A stretch of 64,000 nt of DNA from Mobula birostris (lineage: Eukaryota). A program made the position numbers and the translations under genes. The DNA is taken from positions 3,453,665-3,517,664 of the forward strand of contig NC_092384.1 of NCBI RefSeq assembly GCF_030028105.1, read 5' to 3'. The number at the start of each line of letters is the position of its first letter. Position 1 is the stretch's first letter. Below, one piece after another: positions 12,201 to 25,492 of the stretch. Under the pieces are notes generated by a model that saw only the letters and a list, made by a program, of their open reading frames with translations, did no database searches and was not told the origin of the DNA.

Positions 12201-15200
12201 CATCCAGAAACTTGGCCTCCACAGCCTTCTGGGGCAGAACATTTCATACATCCACCACTCTCTGGGTGAAAAAAAGATTTTCCTCAACCCCGTTCTAAAT
12301 GGCCTATCCCTTGTTCTTAAACTGTGGTCTCTGGTTCTGGACTCACGAATCAGCGGGAACATGTTTCCTGCCTCCAGCGTGTCCAATCCCTTAATAATCG
12401 TATATGTTTCAATACGATCCCCTCTCAGCCTTCTAAATTCCAGAGTATACAAGTCCAGTCGCTTCAATCTTTCGACACATGACAGTCCCGCCATCCCTGG
12501 AATTAACCTTGTGAATCTACGCTGCACTCTCTCAATAGCAAGAATGACCTTCCTCAAACTTGGAGACCAAAACTGTACACAGTACTCCAGGTGTGGTCTC
12601 ACCAGGCCCTGTACAGCTTCAGAGGGACCTCTTTGCTCTTATACTCAATTCCCTTTGTTATGAAGGCCAGCATGCCATTAGCACTCTTCACAGCCTGCTG
12701 AACTTGCATGCTTGCTTTCAGTGACTGATGTACAATAACACCTAAATCTCGTTGTACTTCCATCTTTCCTAACTTGAATCCATTTAGAGAATAATCTGCC
12801 TTCCTGTTCTTACCACCAAAGTGGATAAACTCACATTTATCCACATTAAACTGCATCTGCCATGCATCTGCCTACTCACCCAGCATTCTCATAACATCCA
12901 CCTCACATTTCACACTGCCACCCAGCTTTGTGTCATCGGCAAATTTGCTAAAGTTACTTTTAACTCCCTCGTCTAAATCATTAATATATATTGTAAACAG
13001 CTGCGGTCCCAGCACTGAACCCTGTGGTACCCCACTGAACACCACCTGCCATTCCAAAAGGGATCTATTAATCTCTTCTCTTTGTTTTCTGTCAGCCAGC
13101 CAATTACAATCCATGTCAGTACTCTGCCCCCAATACCAGGTGCCCTAATTTTGCCCACTAATCTCCTATGTGGGATTTTATCAAATGCTTTCGGAAAGTC
13201 CAGGTACACTACATCCACTAGCTCTCCCTTGTCCATTTTCGCAGTTACTTCCTCAAAAAATTCCAGAAGATTAGTCAAGCAAGATTTCCCCTCGTAAATT
13301 CATGCTGACTCTAACCGATCCTGTTACTGCTATCCAGATCTGTCGGAATTTCATCTTTTATAATTGACTCCAGCATCTTTCCCACCACCGACGTCAGGCT
13401 AACCGGTCTATAATTCTCTCTTCCTCCCTTCTTGAAGGGAGGGACAACATTAGTCACCCTCCAATCCACAGGAACTGATGCTGAATCTAAAGAACATTGG
13501 AGAATAATTAGCAATGCGTCCACGATTTCTAAAGCCACCTCCTTAAGTACCCTGTGATGCAGACCATCAGGTCCCGGGGAGTTATCAGTCTTCAGACCCA
13601 ACAGCCTATCCAACACCATTTCCTCCCTACTATAAAGGTTTCATTAATTTCTAAAGGTTTATAAGTAATTTTTATTTGCACTTGTTCCAATTGCATTCAT
13701 CATTCTGGAAGCCTGTTCTGTTTTCTACTTCCAAGCAAGAATTTTAGGTGTTATGAGATCTCTCACCTAACTCATAATACCTTTGCTTAGTTCTCATGAT
13801 TTTTTTTTTCCGTTCGATATGTCTGAAGCGTATTGTATTGTGACTTCATACTGACTAGTTGTCTTCGTTTTTCTTCTATCGTATGTCTTTGAGATTCTTT
13901 TTCTAATTTTCTAATCTCTTTTTTTTCCCAATTGGTCTAGTTCTACCATATAATCCTTCTTAATTTTAGACGTATAACTTAATATCTGACCCCTCAAATA
14001 TGCCTTCATCACATCCCATTATACAAATTTATCATCAACTGAATGAGAGTTTGTATCCAAAAAAAAACTGTTTTTTTCATAAAATCACAAAAATCTTGAC
14101 GATTTAATAATATTGAATTAAATCTCCATCTATAAGTCGCTTCTTCCTTATCCGTCATCATTATTGTCATTAACAAAGGAGAATGATCTGACAATATTCT
14201 CGCTTTCTATTGCATATTTTTCGCTCTGTCTTGAATATTCATTGATAATAGAGAAAAAAAAATCTATCCTTGAGAAGGTTTTATGTCTATTAGAATAGAA
14301 CGAATAGTTTCTTTCTTTGGAATTAATTCTTCTCCATATATCAATCAAATTTAAATCTTTCATCAATGATAAGGTTAGTTTTACTGCTTTCGATTTCGTA
14401 ATAGCCTTGGTTGATCTATCTAAGACTGGATCTAGACAAAATTTAAAGTCTCAACCTATCAATATTTTATCATGTGCATCAGCCACATTCAAAAAGGCTT
14501 CTTGTATAAATTTTGTATCATTTTCATTTGGTGCATAAATATTCATGAGAGTCCATAATTCGGAAAAACAAAAAAAAGTTGGCAGTGTATAAACACATAT
14601 CTCCCCGCAGAATCAGTTATTATATTCTGTATTCTAATTGGTAACATTTTATTGATCAAAATTACTACTCCCCTCGCTTTTGAATTAAATGAAGCTGCAA
14701 CAACACTTCCCACCCAGTCTCTCCTTACCTTCTTATGTTCTGTTTCTGTTAAGTATGTTTCCTGCAAGAAGGTTATACCTACCTTCTTTTTGTTTAATGT
14801 GTGTAAAATTCTTCTTTTTCTTTTCACCGGTCCGTTAAGCCTATCAACATTAAAACTCAGAAAATTCAATAAGTTAGTCACTATTCCTAACAAAATTATT
14901 CCAATCTAAAGCATTAGTTCACATCTCAATTCTTATAGTTCCTTTGGGAATCTCCTTAAAATTCACCATGTTGTTATGTGGAAGCAATATACCCCCCTAC
15001 TCTACTAATGTTGTGAGTGGGAAAAAAAACACAACATTACCCCCCTCCATTTTGCAGGTCATGGCTGTCGCCACGATTGCACACATGAATCCCCTACCGC
15101 TTGGTCAGTATTTCTTCCAGCTCCCCCGTAACAAAATATACAATTATTGTCACTATCCCCAACTAATATTCCTCAATCTTTTGCATTCTTTTCCCACGAT

Positions 15201-16580
15201 CATATAATTGGTAATATATTTACATATTCTTCCGCCTTTAAATATCAAACAAGTCTATTCCCTGTCCCAACCTTCATCTTTAATCCATCTCGCTGCCCTA
15301 GATTTCATCTTGTGTCTGGTGAATTCTCAGATTCTCGCACAAACTCCTGCACGATCTGGTAATCATTAAAAAGAAACACTTTTTTTCCGCCAGCCAGAAA
15401 TATCTACAAGGTTGCAGGATTGCGCAGTATAAATTGATAAACATGAACCCATTGAAATTTTTCACTGGATTGAATGTTTTCTTTCTCTTGAGAAGTTCAT
15501 AACTTATGTCAGGGTAGAAAAAAATCCTCCCTTCGATCAACAATGGCCCTTTTCTGTTTTTGGCAGCGTGGGCAGCCGCCTGTAGAATCCTTTCTTTGTC
15601 TCGAAATATTAAACATTTTATATTAAAAAAAAAGATCGCGGATTCTGGTCGTGTTGTGGTTTTGTTCATAAAGCTGTATGTGCCCGTTCGATTTCAATTG
15701 ACCGAATCCTTCTTCCATTTGCAAATTTTCCGGGATCCATTTTTGATAAAATTCTATTGGATTATCTCCCTCTATACCTTCTTTAAGAACAGCAATCTCA
15801 ATATTACTTCGCCAACTAAAAATTTCCAACGCATCCACTTTTTCCCACAACCGATCTCTTTCCATTTTCCAGACAAGAATATAATTTTCTGTTTTTTCCC
15901 ACTCTATCGTTGGTATCCTCCATTGTTCTTTCCAACTTTTGAAGTATCTTATCTGTTTTCTCCTGTCTTTTTATAGCTTTATCATACCTAATCCTAATGT
16001 TTTTAACCTCTATTTGTATTCCTTTTAATTCAAGCATTATTTGCGCTACAGTCTCTCTCATGTCTCCACGATATCCTTTACTTTTAATCTCTTCGTGTTC
16101 TTCTTCCTCCTCTTCTTCATTTGTATTCTCCGGGGAATCCGATTCTGACTCCAGATCACTCTCAGTTTCAGTGGCAGCCGGTTTCCTGTCGTTCGACTTT
16201 ACCGATTTGAGCATGTCTTCTTCTTTACGCATGCGTACTTCCCACTTCTTCTTCCCAGGGACCGCTGCCGCCGCCATTGCCCCCTGTTCTTCAACGCCAG
16301 AGATAAAATGTGTCTCCTCGGAAGGAGATCCAACCTGAGCTCAAGGTTCCATTCCTGTATTAGGCCCTTTTCTCTTCCCATCTCGTGGTGTCATCAAAAC
16401 GCCAGTCTTCATCTGCTTCTGTTTATGAGGCATATCGTAAAATAGTCTTGACTAGATTATAAGCAGTTTTCAAAAACTATTTATTAACTTGTCTTTGTTT
16501 TAACGGTACTTTGCTGATTTTTTTTTTACGGGAGAGCTGGATTTCCACGTCTCAATCCTACGTTGTCACGTGACGTCTCC
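9263..16580 (-). mobile_element. Full-length L1-clade LINE (decayed), interrupted by a CR1
   Basis: 15-bp TSD tacaaatttatagtt (9248-9262 and 16581-16595). ORF1 fragments at ~15298-16277 (coiled coil, L1 ORF1-like). APE at ~14543-14893 (FNVDRLNGPVKR, FLQETYL). RT at ~10731-11270 (LFADDVLIYL). T-rich tail on the + strand. Confidence 0.9.
12019..13625 (-). mobile_element. 5'-truncated CR1 nested in the L1
   Basis: RT fragments ([47 protein letters not shown]) and an (aatagac)n tail. Confidence 0.9.
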
Positions 16581-16649
16581 TACAAATTTATAGTTAAGCC
16601 CATTGACGAAGATCCACGCAGTAGTATAATTTTGTAAGGCATTGTGATC

Positions 16650-17135
16650 GAGGAACGTAAACACAAAATACTCTGCAGATGCTGGAGTCAAAGCAACACA
16701 CACAACACGCTGGAGGAACTCAGCAGATAGGGCAGCATCCCTGGAAACGAACAGTCAAGGTTTCGGGCCGAGATCCTTCGTAGGACTGAAGAGGGAGGGG
16801 GCAGCGTCCATATAAAGAAGGTGGGGAGAGGGTGAGAAGGAGAAGGCTGGTAGGTGACAGGTGAAGAACGAGTGAGGGAAAAGGTCAAGGGATGAAGAAA
16901 GAGAAGCAAGGAGGGATAGGCAGGAAAGGTGAAAAATAAATAGGGGAAAACAATGGGGAGTAAAAGGAGGAGCTGGAGGATAGGGCAGAGTGAAACTGGG
17001 GAAGAGGAGGGAGGGGAGGGATTCGCCTGAAGTTGGAGAATTCAATGTTCATGCCAATGGGCTGGAGACTACCCAGACTTTATATGAGGTCTTGTTCCGC
17101 CAACCTGAGTTTGGCCTCATCATGGCAGTAGGAGC
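16650..17135 (-). mobile_element. Penelope-like element 3' fragment / pseudo-LTR
   Basis: The antisense strand encodes a GIY-YIG C-terminal remnant (RLAEQDL..LGSLQPIGMNIEFSNFR). A hammerhead-like relic lies at 16751-16790. Confidence 0.65.
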
Positions 17136-17139
17136 AGTC

Positions 17140-20100
17140 GCAGCAGGAGGAGCGAGAGGCTCGGGAGGGCTTTGCGTGTGCTTAAAAATGGAGCGTGGAG
17201 GGCAACTGAAGGGTTAAATAGAGTGTTGATTAGTTGAATAGAGTGAGTGAGTGCTTGTGATAATTTGCAGGGACAAATAAAAGAATGGATAACTGAAGAG
17301 GAACAGCCAGTGTGTGAGTGGCTCAGGGTAGGACTGGAGCTTTGAGGCTTTGGCTCGAGGGGCTTCGGCGAGCAGAGGCTGAGGACGAGCCTGCTCCCAG
17401 TGAGGTAAGGCTGGGTAAATTCCTTTAATTAATTTAATTAACTCACGAGCAGGTAATGGAGGCAGCAGTTAGGGCAGTCGAGAGCTCCGCATGCGGTATG
17501 TGGGAAGTCTGGGAGAGCACAATTGTCCCTGATAACTACACGTGTAAAAGGTGCATCCAGCTGCAGCTGCTGACATACAGTTAGGGAACTGGAGCTGGAG
17601 CTGGATGAACTTCGGATCATTCCTGAGGCAGACGCAGAAAGAGACAGGAGTTTCAAGGAGATGGTCAACCCTAAAATCAGGAGGCAGGTAGCCGGGTGAC
17701 TGTCAGCAGAGGGAATGGGAGTAGACAGAATGAACAGTGGACCCCCGTGGCCATTCCCATCAATAATAAGAATATCGTTTTTGATGCTGTTGGTGGCGAC
17801 GACCTACCAGGGACAAGTTGTAATGGTCACGCCTGAGGCATCGAGATTGGACTTTCAGCTCAGAAAGGAAGGAGGGGAAAAAGAGAGCAGTAGTGATAGA
17901 GGATTCGATAGTTGGGGGTGGGGGGCGCAGATAAGAGGTTCTGTGGGAGAGATTGTGAATCCCGGATGGTCTGTTGCCTCCCTGCTGCCAGGATCTGCGA
18001 TATCTCGGATCGAGTTCTCGGTATTCTCACGAGGAAGGGTGAACAGCCAGATGTCATGGTCCATGTAGAGATCAATGACATGGATAAGAAGGAGGATGAG
18101 GTCCTGCAAAGGAAGTATAGGGAGTTGGGTACAAAGTTGAAGGACAGGACCTCCAAGGTTGCAATCGCAGGATTTCTACCCGTGCTACGTGCTGGTGAGG
18201 CTAGAAATAGGAAGATAATGCAGCTAAATGCGTGGCTAACGAGATGGAGCAGAAGGGAGGGCTTCATGTTTCTAGACCATTGGGCTTCGTGCCAGGGAAT
18301 GTGGGATCTGTTCTGACGGCACGGTTTGCACCTGACTGGAGGGGAACTAAAATCATTTGGGTAGGTTTTCTAGTTCTACCTAGGGGGGTTTAAACTAGAT
18401 TTGCAGGGGGAGGGGAACCAGAGTGTTAGAGCAGGTAGTGAGGTGGAGGAGGATAAAGGTCATGGGAGGACTGCATGTAGAGAGAGTAATTAAAGGTCTG
18501 TATGTGATAGAAATGTTCTCAGTTACATCTATTTCAATGCAAGGAGTATTGTAGGTAAGAAGATTGAGTTTAGGGCGTGGATTGACAACTGGGATGACGT
18601 CATTATTGCTATTAGTGAGACTTGGTTGCAGGAGGGTCAGGAATGATAGTTTAATGTTGCGGGGTTCCGTTGTTTCCGACGGGACAGAGAGGGCGGGATG
18701 AAAGGGGGAGGGGTGCGCTACTAGTCAGGAAGAATATCACAGCTCTGCATAGATAGGACAGCCCGGAGGGCTTGTCTACAGAGGCCAAATGGGTGGAGCT
18801 GAGGAACGGGAAAGGTGTGACTACACTAATAGGGTTGTATTATAGACCACCCAATAGTCAGAGAGAATTGGAGGAGCAAATATGTAGAGAGATAGCAGAC
18901 CGAAAAGAGACATAGAAAGTTGTAATATTAGGGGACTTTATCTTTCCACATATTGACTGGGACTCCCACACTGTGAAAGGGTTAGATGGCGAGGAGTTTG
19001 TCAATTATGTTCAGGAAAGTTTTCTAAATCAATATATAGAGATACTAACGAGAGAGGATGGAATACTCGATTCCCTATTAGGGAACTAGACAGGTCAGGT
19101 GACAGACATATGCGTAAGCGAACATTTTGAGTCCAGTGACCATAATGTCATTAGTTTCAAGTTAATTATGGATAAGGATAGACCTGGTCCTCGAGTTAAG
19201 GTACTAAATTGGAGCAGGGCCGATTTTGAGGAAATGAGAAAGGTTCTGGGAAGAGTGGATTGGGATAAGTTGTTTTCTGGCAAGGATGTGTTCAGTATGT
19301 GGAAGTCATTCAAAGGCGAAATTTTGAGAGTGCAGTGTTTGCATGTTCCTGCCAGGATTGAAGCAAAGTTAAGAGACATATGGAACCTTGGTTTTCAAGG
19401 GATATTGGCGAGCTAATTAGGGAAAAAAACAGAGAAGTGTATAGCAGGTATAGGCAACAAGGAAAAAATGAAGTACTTGAAGAGTATAGAAAATGTAAGA
19501 AAATACCAAAGAAGGAAATTAGGAAGGCAGAAAGAAGACACAAGCTTGCTTTGGCAGATAATGTGAAAGTAAACCCGAAGGGTTTCTACAAGTATATTAA
19601 GAATAAAAGGATAATAAGGACAAAATTCTTCCCCTAGGATATCAAAGTGGTAGTCTATGCGTGGAACCTCACGAGATGGGGGAGATCTTACACATTTTTT
19701 TTTTTGCATCAGAATTTACCCAGGAAACTGGCATAGCATATATGGAAGGAAGGGAAACAAGCAGCACTGTCATGGAACATATAGAGATTAAAGAGGAAGA
19801 AGTGTTTGCTGCCTTACAACGAATAAAGTTAGATAAATCGCCTGGGCCTGACATGATATTTGCTCGGACCATGAGAGATACGAGCGTAGAAATTACAGGG
19901 GCCCTGGCAGCAATATTTAAAATGTCCTTAGCCACGGGTATCATGCCAGAGGATTGGAGGTAGCCCATGTCGTTCGGTTGTTTAATAAAAAGACTACAAA
20001 AGTAAACCAGGTAATTACAGGCCGGTGAGCCTGACATCAGTAATAGGTAAATTACTGGAAGGTGTTCTGAGGGATCAGATATACAAGTATTTGGACAGCC

Positions 20101-21880
20101 AAGGGCTGATTAACCTGATGGCATGAACATTGACTTCTGTAACTTCTGCTAATGCCCCACTTCCCCTTCGTACCCCATCCCTTATTTATTTATTTATTTA
20201 TTTATTTATTTGGTTGGTTGGTGGATTATTTAGTTATATTTTTCCCATTTTTTCTCTCTTTTTTCTCCCTCTGTCCCTCTCACTATAACTCCTTGCCCAT
20301 CCTCTGGGCTCCACCCTCCCTTTCTCTCAATCTAGGCCTCCCGTCTACGACCTCTCCCTTCTCCAGCCTCATATCCCTTTTCCCAATCAACTTTCCAGCT
20401 CTTAGCTCCATCCCTCCCCCTCCTGTCTTCTCCTATCATTTCGGATCTCCCCTTTCCCCTCCCACTTTAAAATCTCTTACTAGCTCTTCTTTCAGTTAGT
20501 CCTAAAGAAGAGTCTTGGTCTGAAACGTCGACTGTACCTCTTTCTATAGATGCTGCCTGGCCTGCTGCGTTGCTTGGAATTCCAGCTTCTGCAGATCTCC
20601 TCGTGTGTAAGGATAGTCAGCATGGCTTTGTGCATGGTAGATCGTTTTTAATGAATCTTGTAGAGTTTTTCGAGGAGGTTACCAAGAAAGTAGACGAAGG
20701 CAAGGCTGTGGATGTTGTCTACATGGACTTTAGTAAGGCCTTTGATAAGGTTTCTCATGAGAGATTAGTTCAGAAGGTTCAGGCACTAGGTATCCATGGA
20801 GAGGTTGTAAACTGGATTCGAAATTGGCTGTGTGGGAGAAGACAGAGTGGTAGTGGATGATTGTCTATTAGATTGGAGGCCTGTGACTAGTGGTGTGCCT
20901 CAAGGATCTGTGCTGGGACCATTGTTGTTTGTTGTCTATATCAGTGATCTAGATAATAATGTGGTAAATTGGATCAGCAAGTTTGCTGATGACACTAAGA
21001 TTGGAGGCGTGGACAGCGAGGAAGACTTTCAAAGCTTGCAGAGGGATCTGGACCAATTGGAGGGGTGGGCCAGAAAGTGGAGAATAGAATTTAATGCTGA
21101 CAAGGGTGAGGTGTTGCATTTTGGAAGGACAAATCAAGGTAGGACATACACAGCAAATGGTAAGACACTGAGGAGTGCGGAGGAACAAAGACCTCTGGGA
21201 GTTCAGATGCATAATTCCCTGAAAGTGGCGTCACAGGTAGACAGAGTTGTAAAGAAGACTTCTGGCAGCCTGGCATTCATATATCAAAGTATTGAGTATA
21301 GGAGTTGAGATGTTATGGGGAGGTACTATAAGACATTGGTGAGGCCAAATTTGGAGTATTGTGTGCAGTTTTCGTCACCTAACTGTAGGAAGCATATCAT
21401 TACGATTGAAAGAGTGCAGAGATTTACTAGGATGTTGTGGGTCTTCAGGAGTTAAGTTACAGGGAACGATTGAACAGGTTAGGACTTTATTCCTAAGAGC
21501 GTAGAAGAATAAGGGGAGATTTGATAGAGGTTTACAAAATTATGAGGGTTATAGACAGAGTAAATGTGAATCAGCTCTTTCCACTTCGATTAGGACATGA
21601 CTGACTTTAGGGTGAAAGGGGAAAGGTTTAGGAGGAACATTAGGGGGAACTTCTTCACTCAGAGAGTGGTGGGAGTGTGGAACGAGCTGCCATCTGACAT
21701 GGTAAACGCGGGCTCACTCTGAAGTTTTAAGAATAAATTGGACAGGTACATGAATGGGAGAGGTCTGGAGGGTTATGGACTGGATGCGGGTCAATGGGAC
21801 CAGCGGCATAAACTTTCGGCACAGACTAAAAGGGCTGAACAGCCTGTTTTCCGTGCTGTAGTGCTATGGTTCTATTCTAT
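17140..21880 (+). mobile_element. Near full-length CR1 LINE (ORF1 zf/lz-esterase plus ORF2), decayed
   Basis: ORF1 SGNH-esterase remnants (MVCCLPAARICDISDRV, QPDVMVHVEINDM). APE at ~18520-19100. RT motifs [34 protein letters not shown]1 3' tail. Confidence 0.9.
20111..20590 (+). mobile_element. Penelope-like fragment inserted in CR1
   Basis: Starts with a PDGMNIDFCNF remnant, then pyrimidine-rich pseudo-LTR sequence. The CR1 RT sequence resumes on the far side. Confidence 0.65.
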
Positions 21881-22378
21881 TAAATATTTTGACTTTGAGG
21901 TGTCGTTTAGTTTTATTTCTATTTCGGCAACATTTGATCTCTTTTGTTATTGGCATAGTGAATGGTAAGTATTTTATTTTATTTTTTTCTTTTGTCTAGT
22001 TTGATTCTCCACTATTTGTCCGACCTGCCACCACATAATTTATCACTAGAAATCTTTATAGCATTCTAGGTTTTGAAAATGAAATTATGGATGACTTTAA
22101 AAACCACCAGCATCAAATTATGTAGTCAGTGATTCTATTCAAGTGTATCTTCCTTCAGACTTCCTCGGTCAATCTGTTACCTCTTGGCCACCTCAAACTT
22201 AATTTGACTGTTGATGGAGTAGCTCTGAAAAAAAAAGTTACAAAAATTGCACATAAAGGAAAACAAGAGAATAGAAGAGTTTGGGACTGCTTAAGCACAA
22301 TTGGCTTTCGTGGAGCTTTGCAATGGTGAGTACTCAAGGGTAGTTGCTCATAAAATTGTCAAACTGTAACTAGAAGTC

Positions 22379-22756
22379 TGTCAAAAGATCTGTGGGTCAA
22401 TTGTTTAAGAAAAATAACCAGATGGCTTGAGTCGAAGAAATAGATTGAGGTGCTTTTATTTACCTCAAAACAAGACAACAATTGGGGAAAAAAAAAAAAA
22501 CACAACCAATATATAACAATATAAAACAATATATAAAAGAAAACTAAATCTGAAGCCTTGGTAACCTGAGGCTTATAAATGCTAAGCCCCTCTCCCTGGA
22601 CCAACCAAAAGCTAATTAATTCAATTATCCAATTAAATTTGGTGTCCTCCACCATCAGCACACCTGTTTCAGACCTAGTCACTATTACTGCTGGGGATGA
22701 GTGTTTTACTGAATGCGCCATGTACCATCCATAGTCAGTGACGGGCCTTCTTCACA
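22379..22756 (-). repeat. 3' LTR of the Gmr1-type element (378 bp)
   Basis: Sense strand starts TGTGA directly after the PPT and ends TGACA. Contains TATA-like tttataag and AATAAA. Confidence 0.8.
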
Positions 22757-25244
22757 TTACCACCCTCCTCTCCTGCAGCAGCAACATTTGACAGTCTTGA
22801 TAGGAAGTCCGTTTTGATGTTCTCCTTGCCTGCTTCGTTCCGCACACAGAACCTGAAAGGTTAAACTTCCAGGTACCACCTAGTCACCCAGGCATTCTGG
22901 TCCTTCATTGTCTAGATAAAGATCAGGGCTCTGTGGAGCGTCTGGAGATCAAACTTCCTCCCAAGAAGGTAGTACCTGAGGCTGTCAAACGCCCACTTGA
23001 TTGCCAGACACTCCTTCTCGATTGTGGAGTACCGGGTTTCACGGGGCAGAAGTTTCCTGCTGAGATATAACACAGGACGTTCCTCACCTGGCTCTCCCTG
23101 AGCCAGTACTGCCCCGATGCCTACACCTGAGGCATCCACCTGCTCCAGGAAGCGGCGTTCAAAGTCAGGACTCTGCAACACCGGGGAAGAGCATAATTTC
23201 TCCCTCAGGCCCTGGAAAGCACTTTCACACTGCATTCCACAGGATTACGGGCCAACTTGCAGGTGTGGTTGGTCAATGGGGCCGCCCGGGTTGAAAAGTA
23301 AGGGATGAACCGTCGGTACTAGCCCACTAGGCCAAGAAAAGATCGGACCTGGGTCTTGGTACGGGGCCTGGGACTGTTCAGAATGGCCTCAACTTTATCC
23401 ACCTGAGCCCGGACTTCGCCCCTCCCCAACTGATAACACAGGTACCGGGTTTGCTGCCTGACCCACTCACATTTCTGCAGGTTGAGTGTTTGTCCTGCTG
23501 CATTGATTGCACCTAGGACTCGACGAAGGTGCTCCTCCCAGGTCAGGCTAACATGACCACACCATCCAAATATGGCGCGCTGCAGTCCTCACAACCTTGC
23601 AGCACTCTGCCCATACGCCTCTGGAATGTGACTGAGGCACCATGTCAGCCGAAGGGCATCACCGTGAACTGAAAGAGGCCTAGAGAGGTCCTGAATGCAG
23701 TGAGGGGCCGGGACTAGCTCTCCAGGGGGACCTGCCATTGCCCCTATCCAAGGTGGTGATGTAGTTGGCTCTCGCAATCCTCTCCAACAAGTCCTCAATC
23801 CGGGGCATCGGGTAGGCAACGAAAAATGAGATGGCATTCAGTTTCCTAAAGTCAAAGCAAATGCGAAGAGTTCCATCCTTCTTCGGCACAATCACAATAG
23901 GGCTACTCCACTCACTTTCAGACGGTTCGATAACTCCCAGCTCCAACATCAAGCAGACCTCCTACTTCAACGTCTTCACCAGACGTTCTGGTACTCGGTA
24001 GCATGCCTGCCGTACTGGACTCTGACCTGATTTGACTCGATGGCAAACTGCAACACATCTGTATGGCCTGGTTTCTGTGTGAAAAACTGAGGAAAGGTGT
24101 TGAATATGACTTGCAATTCAACTGGTTTCTTACCATCCAGTTGAGAGAGGTGCACCTTAGCAGGCTGTTTCCAGGCCTCCACTACACCTTCAGAGTCATC
24201 TTCCTCAATCACCCGGCGTGCCAGTAGTGAGGTGATTGAAGGAGGGCTCCTTCTTTCCTTGCAGGCTCTCAAGTGGTTCACATGGTAAGTTTGCTTTTGT
24301 TTTCCCTTCTCCGGATACAGGATCTCATATGTTGTAGGCCCCATCCTCCTTATAACCTCAAAAGGTCTCTGCCACTTGGCCAGCAGCTTGCTGGATAAGC
24401 AAGGTAGGAGCAACAAGACCTTTTGACCAGGTTTGAACTCATGTTGGTGTGCCTGCTGGTCATACCACCGCTTCTGAGTCTTCTGGGCCTCCAGAAGGTG
24501 AGTCTGGCCTCTTCTCGGTACTGCTCCAACGGGTCCCTCATATGGAGGACATATTATAAAACACCTTGCCCCTATACAGGATTATCTGCCACCTTCTCCT
24601 CCCATTTCTGTTTCAGCAGATCCAGGGACCCCTGGACTGGCCAACTATAGAGCAGCTCGAAAGGGGAGAATCCGGTGGATGCCTGAGGCACTTCCCTGTA
24701 GGCAAAAAAGAGAAAGTGTAACCACTTATCCTAATCCTACCCTGTATCAAATACAAACTTTCTGAGCATCCTCTTGTGTTTGGTTAAAACTCTCCACCAG
24801 GCCATCTGTCTCTGGGTGATAAGGAGATGTCCTGATAGTGGTTTTGCCCAACTCCTTATGGAGCTGGCTCATCACGCGAGATGTAAAGTTGGCTCCCTAG
24901 TCGGTCAAGATTTCGTCCGGGATACCTACACGAGAAAAGAGCTGGAGAAGAGCACTGGTTAGTTTTGCAGTGGTTACTGACCGAAGAGGAAAAGCTTCAG
25001 GGAATCGTGTGGCATAATCACATACAACAAGAATGTAGTAATATCCTGCTGAGCGTTTTTCCAGGGGCCCCACAATGTCCATTGCAATCCGCCTAAATTG
25101 GGTGGTAAACACGAGCAATGAATGGTGGGGTGCTCGGTCTGATTTACGGACAGCGCTGGTTTTATGACACTCTGGACACGTTTTGCAATATGTCTGCATA
25201 TCAGTGTACATTGAAGGTGAAGAGAACCGAGAGGCCAGCCTGGA
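22379..25244 (-). mobile_element. Gmr1-type Ty3/gypsy element, 3' part (IN core - RT - RNase H - PPT - 3' LTR), decayed
   Basis: On the minus strand, in order: IN (CKTCPEC, IAMDIVGPL, DYATRFPEAFPL, EILTD), GPY/F-like tail, RT (SEWSSPIVIVPKKDG..DFRKLN), RH (VDASGVGIGAVLAQ, STIEKECLAIKW), then a purine-rich PPT at ~22757-22775. Confidence 0.9.
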
Positions 25245-25254
25245 TCTTGCCTCG

Positions 25255-25492
25255 GGCTCGGAGTCCATACCCTAGCCTCTTCATGCTCCTCTAGTTCTGG
25301 GAGCCGATTCGGAGTCCTAGCCCACACCCCTTAGTTCCAGCCTAGTAGTAGTCCTGAGTCCTTGTCCAGTTCGGTACTCCTGCTCCTGCCTAGCTCTCCT
25401 GGTATCGAACAATAAACTAAATCTATGTAACCGCACATGATGTGTCTTGCATTTGGTTCCACCCTTGATCCCAACGCTCCGCCATTGTGACA
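25255..25492 (+). mobile_element. Displaced 3' end of a sushi-type LTR (inverted relative to the rest at 28202+)
   Basis: Reverse complement of the LTR end seen at 34809-35050. Contains aataaa and ends TGTGACA. Confidence 0.8.
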
